DNA of 37,289 bases from the NCBI GenBank assembly GCA_002269645.1, contig NIVC01004713.1, positions 1 to 37,289 on the forward strand. Reading direction: 5' to 3'. Source of the stretch: Macrostomum lignano (Eukaryota). The position numbers and the translations under genes were made by a program. Each line of letters starts with the position of its first letter. Positions within the stretch are counted from its first letter, which is position 1. Of this stretch, positions 32,559 through 37,289 are shown one piece after another. The notes beneath the pieces were generated by a model. It did no database searches. It saw only the letters and a list, made by a program, of their open reading frames with translations, and was not told the DNA's origin.

Positions 32559-35548
32559 TCAGGGCTTGTGAAAGCGCGTGAATCGTTTGCTTTCCTCGTG
32601 CACCGGCATCTCGTTTGCTTTGAAGTCATTCAGCTCCTTCCGAATGCGGGCCTGCGGGGTGCAGATTATCAAGTGTGAAAGAAGCAGGTCTGAGATGAAA
32701 TTATCAAGTGAGAAACAGGCAGGTGAGATGAGATTATCAGGTGAGAAACAGGCAGGTGAGATGAGATTATCAAGTGAGACACAGCACGTGAGATGAGACA
32801 GTCCAGAGCAGACAGTACAAACCTTGTCAGTGCCCGACAGCCGGGTCCACGGCTTGTCAATGACTCTGTCGTACTCCTCAGTATTGGTAACCTCAACGTA
32901 GTCGTTAAACCTTATGATTCGTTTCTCGCGCAACTCCTGCACAGTCGGCCTGAAGCTCAGCTTTCTAGTTAGAAATCGGATCTTCTGTTGCTTCTCAGTC
33001 TCCAACGCCGCCTCGGACTTGTCGTGCAGAATATTGCGGTCCTGCAGGTCGGTCGGACTCGGCCGCAGGCTCAGCCGCCGCTCCAACGCGTTGCCAATCT
33101 TCGTGCGCTCCTCTTTCCTCTGATCTGACGGCACCCGACGCAGCGACAGGGTCTGCTGGCGCTCCCGCTGTTTGTTTTCTAAGAAACGAGCCATCGAATC
33201 GCGTCGACGAACTCTGGCGGCCAGGTCTGATGATGCTGCGGCGTCTCTGCGTTCGGGCAGCCCCTCCTCCTCCTCGTCTGAGGTCGGCGGCGTCGGTGGC
33301 CGGTGCCTCACGGTGACGGGCCGCGCGGGGCCGCCGCCGCCGGGTCGCCTGATGATGCCGCGGGCGGGCCGGCAGCTGGGGTCGGCCGGCTCCTTGGCTG
33401 GCACCCGTTCGTAGCGGCCGACAACTGCTGCGGGGACAGCGGCGGCAGTTGGTGGCGGCGCTGGCTGAGACTGCCGTGGTGACGCCGGGGAAGCCGCCGT
33501 CGCCGCTGCCGGCTTCGACGCTTCGTCCTCGTTGGGTACATCGTCGTAGAATCGATCGCCGCTACCCGGATCGACGTTTGCATCGGCATCCGTCGTGTCG
33601 ACGGCGACGACTGTTGAATCGGATTTCGTTTCCGGCGCTTTTGTCGCGGGAGGCGACGGCGAAGGCCTGATTCGAGACGCGAGTTCGGCTTGTAGATTGG
33701 CAGTGGCAGAAACTGCTGATGCTGCTTCTGCTTTTGCTGCTGCAGCTGACGAAACAGTTGGAGAGAAGGTTTGGAAGCCAAACCAAAGCCAGGTTCATTC
33801 TTGTTACTTGCAGTCCCCAGGGATTTCAGTTTTTACAGATCATTCTTGATCCCAGATCCTTCTTGATCCCAGATCCTTCTTGATCCCAGATCCTTCTTGA
33901 TCCCAGATCCTTCTTGATCCCAGATCCTTCTTGATCCCAGATCCTTCTTGATCCCAGATCCTTCTTGATCCCAGATCCTTCTTGATCCCAGATCCTTCTT
34001 GATCCCAGATCCTTCTTGATCCCAGATCCTTCTTGATCCCAGATCCTTCTTGATCCCAGATCCTTCTTGATCCCAGATCCTTCTTGATCCCAGATCCTTC
34101 TTGATCCCAGATCCTTCTTGATCCCAGATCCTTCTTGATCCCAGATCCTTCTTGATCCCAGATCCTTCTTGATCCCAGATCCTTCTTGATCCCAGATCCT
34201 TCTTGATCTCAGATCCTTCTTAATCCCAGATCCTTCTTGATCCCAGATCCTTCTTGATCCCAGATCCTTCTTGATCCCAGATCCTTCTTGATCCCAGATC
34301 CTTCTTGATCCCAGATCCTTCTTGATCCCAGATCCTTCTTGATCCCAGATCCTTCTTGATCCCAGATCCTTCTTGATCCCAGATCCTTCTTGATCCCAGA
34401 TCCTTCTTGATCCCAGATCCTTCTTGATCCCAGATCCTTCTTAATCCCAGATCCTTCTTGATCCCAGATCCTTCTTGATCCCAGATCCTTCTTGATCCCA
34501 GATCCTTCTTGATCCCAGATCCTTCTTGATCCCAGATCCTTCTTGATCCCAGATCCTTCTTGATCCCAGATCCTTCTTGATCCCAGATCCTTCTTGATCC
34601 CAGATCCTTCTTGATCCCAGATCCTTCTTGATCTCAGATCCTTCTTAATCCCAGATCCTTCTTGATCCCAGATCCTTCTTGATCCCAGATCCTTCTTGAT
34701 CCCAGATCCTTCTTGATCCTAGATCCTTCTTGATCCCAGATCCTTCTTGATCCCAGATCCTTCTTGATCCCAGATCCTTCTTGATCCCAGATCCTTCTTG
34801 ATCCCAGATCCTTCTTGATCCCAGATCCTTCTTGATCCCAGATCCTTCTTGATCCCAGATCCTTCTTGATCCCAGATCCTTCTTAATCCCAGATCCTTCT
34901 TGATCCCAGATCCTTCTTGATCCCAGATCCTTCTTGATCCCAGATCCTTCTTGATCCCAGATCCTTCTTGATCCCAGATCCTTCTTGATCCCAAATCCTT
35001 CTTGATCCCAGATCCTTTTTGATCCCAAATCCTTCTTGATCCCAGATCCTTCTTGATCCCAGATCCTTCTTGATCCCAGATCCTTCTTGATCCCAGATCC
35101 TTCTTGATCCCAGATCCTTCTTGATCCCAGATCCTTCTTGATCCCAAATCCTCTCACCAGTTCCCGTAGTTCGAGGCTTAGGTGGCGGCAGTGGCGGCAA
35201 GACGGCCACGCCGCCAAAGGCTTTTGCCGGATGTTGCAGCACCGGCTGCTTTGGCACAGGCTCTGAAAGCAGAATTTAACAGCCCAACAGTTACAAAAAG
35301 GTTGAAATCTTTGTTAGTAAATTGGACTCAGAAAAAGCAAAAAATTGAAAACAAACCTGTCTGCGACATATCTATTTGCTCACTTATAGCCTGCTGCTGC
35401 TGCAGCTTCGTGGCCGTATCAGGCGTAGAAGTTGCAGATTCTGCTAAATTATCAGAAGCAATCCCGTCTGCTTCTGTCTGGCCTCCACTGGGCCGCTCGG
35501 AGTCTGCAGAATCTGTGCCGACAGGGTTCGCTGCCGCTGTTGCTTCTT
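32559..35548 (-). CDS. PHACTR: Phosphatase and actin regulator (PHACTR family), 3' part (~427 aa); 5' exons not resolved
   Basis: Exons 35548-35384, 35262-35158, 33745-32823 and 32651-32559 (GT-AG, consistent phases). RPEL repeats LERRLSLRPSPTDLQDRNIL and LTRKLSFRPTVQELREKRII. PP1-binding tail IRFNDYVEV...KPWTRL...IRKELNDFK...TRFHKP*. Confidence 0.92.
32685..32790. repeat. ~33-bp repeat, about 3 copies, in the last PHACTR intron
   Basis: GAGATGAGATTATCA(A/G)GTGAGAAACAGGCAGGT recurs. Confidence 0.8.
33844..35150. repeat. 17-bp minisatellite (TTCTTGATCCCAGATCC), about 77 copies, filling the PHACTR intron 35157-33746
   Basis: Highly homogeneous. A variant pair (ATCTC then TTAAT) recurs 425 bp apart at about 34206 and 34631. 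Confidence 0.98.
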
Positions 35549-35919
35549 CTGGCACAAAAATTAACAGATGATTTACTACTTCGATTAGCAGTTCAAACAG
35601 CTGATGAATTAGTAGATATTAATTGAAACCAGTAAACCATATAAAGCTGTTGGTGGGAAGCGGCGAAACGGTTCCGAACGGATAAACCATATTTACATTT
35701 GGAGTAGATGCATGGAATTTTACTTACAAGAGCTTCAAATCAGATCAGAATGTACTTAAAGAGAGCATTATTAAGCAACAATGCAGATGCTGAGTTCGGA
35801 CTCGTCAGTGCCAGGGCACGAGTATGCGTTGGTTTTATATTTTTATCAACTATCCAAAACCTTGCAAAAATAGTTTGTGATAACATTTAGTGTAAAATTA
35901 TACAGATCTTTGGTTACGG

Positions 35920-36980
35920 TGTCAGCTATGGGATTGGGTCAGGGTCGTGTGTCAGCTATGGGATTGGGTCAGGGTCGTGTGTCAGCTATGGGATTGGGTC
36001 AGGGTCATGTGTCAGCTATGGGATTGGGTCAGGGTCATGTGTCAGCTGTGTCAGCTATGGATTGGGTCAGGGTCGTGTGTCAGTCATGAGATTGGGTCAG
36101 GGTCGTGTGTCAGTCATGAGATTGGGTCAGGGTCGTGTGTCAGTCATGAGATTGGGTCAGGGTCGTGTGTCAGTCGTGAGATTGGGTCAGGGTCGTGTGT
36201 CAGTCGTGAGATTGGGTCAGGGTCGTGTGTCAGTCGTGAGATTGGGTCAGCCATGGGATTGGGTCATGTCACAAGAATCATGGGATTGGGTCATAAAGTC
36301 ACAAGAATCATGGGATTGGGTCATGAAGCCACAAGAATCATGGGATTGGGTCATGAAGTCACAAGAACCATGGGATTGGGTCATGAAGTCACAAGAATCA
36401 TGGGATTGGGTCATGAAGTCACAAGAACCATGGGATTGGGTCATGAAGTCACAAGAATCATGGGATTGGGTCATGAAGTCACAAGAATCATGGGATTGGG
36501 TCATGAAGTCACAAGAACCATGGGATTGGGTCATGAAGTCACAAGAATCATGGGATTGGGTCATGAAGTCACAAGAACCATGGGATTGGGTCATGAAGTC
36601 ACAAGAATCATGGGATTGGGTCATGAAGTCACAAGAATCATGGGATTGGGTTATGAAGTCACAAGAATCATGGGATTGGGTCATAAAGTCACAAGAACCA
36701 TGGCATTGGGTCATGAAGTCACAAGAATCATGGGATTGGGTCATGAAGTCACAAGAATCATGGGATTGGGTCATGAAGTCACAAGAATCATGGGATTGGG
36801 TCATGAAGTCACAAGAATCATGGGATTGGGTCATGAAGTCACAAGAATCATGGGATTGGGTCATGAAGTCACAAGAATCATGGGATTGGGTCATGAAGTC
36901 ACAAGAATCATGGGATTGGGCCATGAAGTCACAAGAACTATGGGATTGGGTCATGAAGTCACAAGAACCATGGGATTGGG
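35920..36980. repeat. 30-bp minisatellite made of three successive sequence variants
   Basis: ATGGGATTGGGTCAGGGTCGTGTGTCAGCT, then GAGATTGGGTCAGGGTCGTGTGTCAGTC(A/G)T, then CATGGGATTGGGTCATGAAGTCACAAGAA(T/C); all have period 30. Confidence 0.97.
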
Positions 36981-37289
36981 TGTCAGACATGGGTTTGGGG
37001 CAAAGCAAATTAGCTATAGACCCGACAAAGGTGCCAAAGCAAATCAGTAAAACTTTGTTGCAAATCTTGCTTTTCTATAACGAATCACATACATGTATAT
37101 AAAGACTTGAATACTACTAAACAGCCAAACCCAGTAGGCATAAGGTGTTTATAACGAATAAATAAACAATACTAGCGAATTATCATTAACATACCGACAT
37201 CAAGATTCAGCAGCTGCTTCGAAACTTTTGGCCTTGGCCAGGCTTGGGAAAAGATTTCTGAAGAATTTCAGCATTACCACTAAGAGCTG

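Noticed and set aside
35920-36980. CRISPR-like look of a constant core alternating with variable sequence (also 9470-11820 and 21195-21945)
   Set aside because: The intervening segments are themselves repeated rather than unique spacers. There are no cas genes and the context is eukaryotic.
5236-37102. Long repetitive ORFs in the track (e.g. 5236-5703, 8165-8713, 13164-13769, 19941-20525, 34645-35217, 35947-37050, 36062-37102)
   Set aside because: They are translations of stop-free minisatellite frames, mostly inside introns defined by flanking conserved exons, and are often open on both strands.
35630-37289. Candidate 5' exons of PHACTR (MVYPFGTV... near 35690; MLKFFRNLF... near 37274)
   Set aside because: Donors are weak or frames hit stops, and there is no homology or RPEL motif to anchor them.

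Overview
Eukaryotic, metazoan-type genomic DNA: GC-rich exons, spliceosomal introns, AT-rich spacers and many tandem repeats. The style resembles the flatworm Macrostomum, but that is inference only. Six protein genes were reconstructed by hand from splice signals and homology I recognise: the 3' part of a class-2 P4-ATPase (ATP9-like, +), RPL10 (+), a secreted PAN/apple-like plus fibrinogen-domain protein (+), NOL12/Rrp17-like (-, one-base frameshift near the start), RABGGTA (+, with a 60-residue Q/E/K insert) and the 3' part of a PHACTR gene (-). Most larger introns and several spacers carry their own minisatellite, often starting a few bases after the 5' splice site. Mobile DNA comprises two copies of a tRNA/CORE-like SINE (one split by a 4.3-kb CAC...GTG DNA transposon holding a 662-bp tandem array), a second SINE with a 15-bp TSD, a hAT-like MITE, and a 5'-truncated RNase H-bearing LINE inside a telomere-like hexamer array. 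A ~1.8-kb tandem duplication of the NOL12 3' end shows a minisatellite present as one unit in one copy and about 15 units in the other. No CRISPR array, rRNA or functional tRNA is supported. All coordinates were counted by eye and may be off by a few bases.
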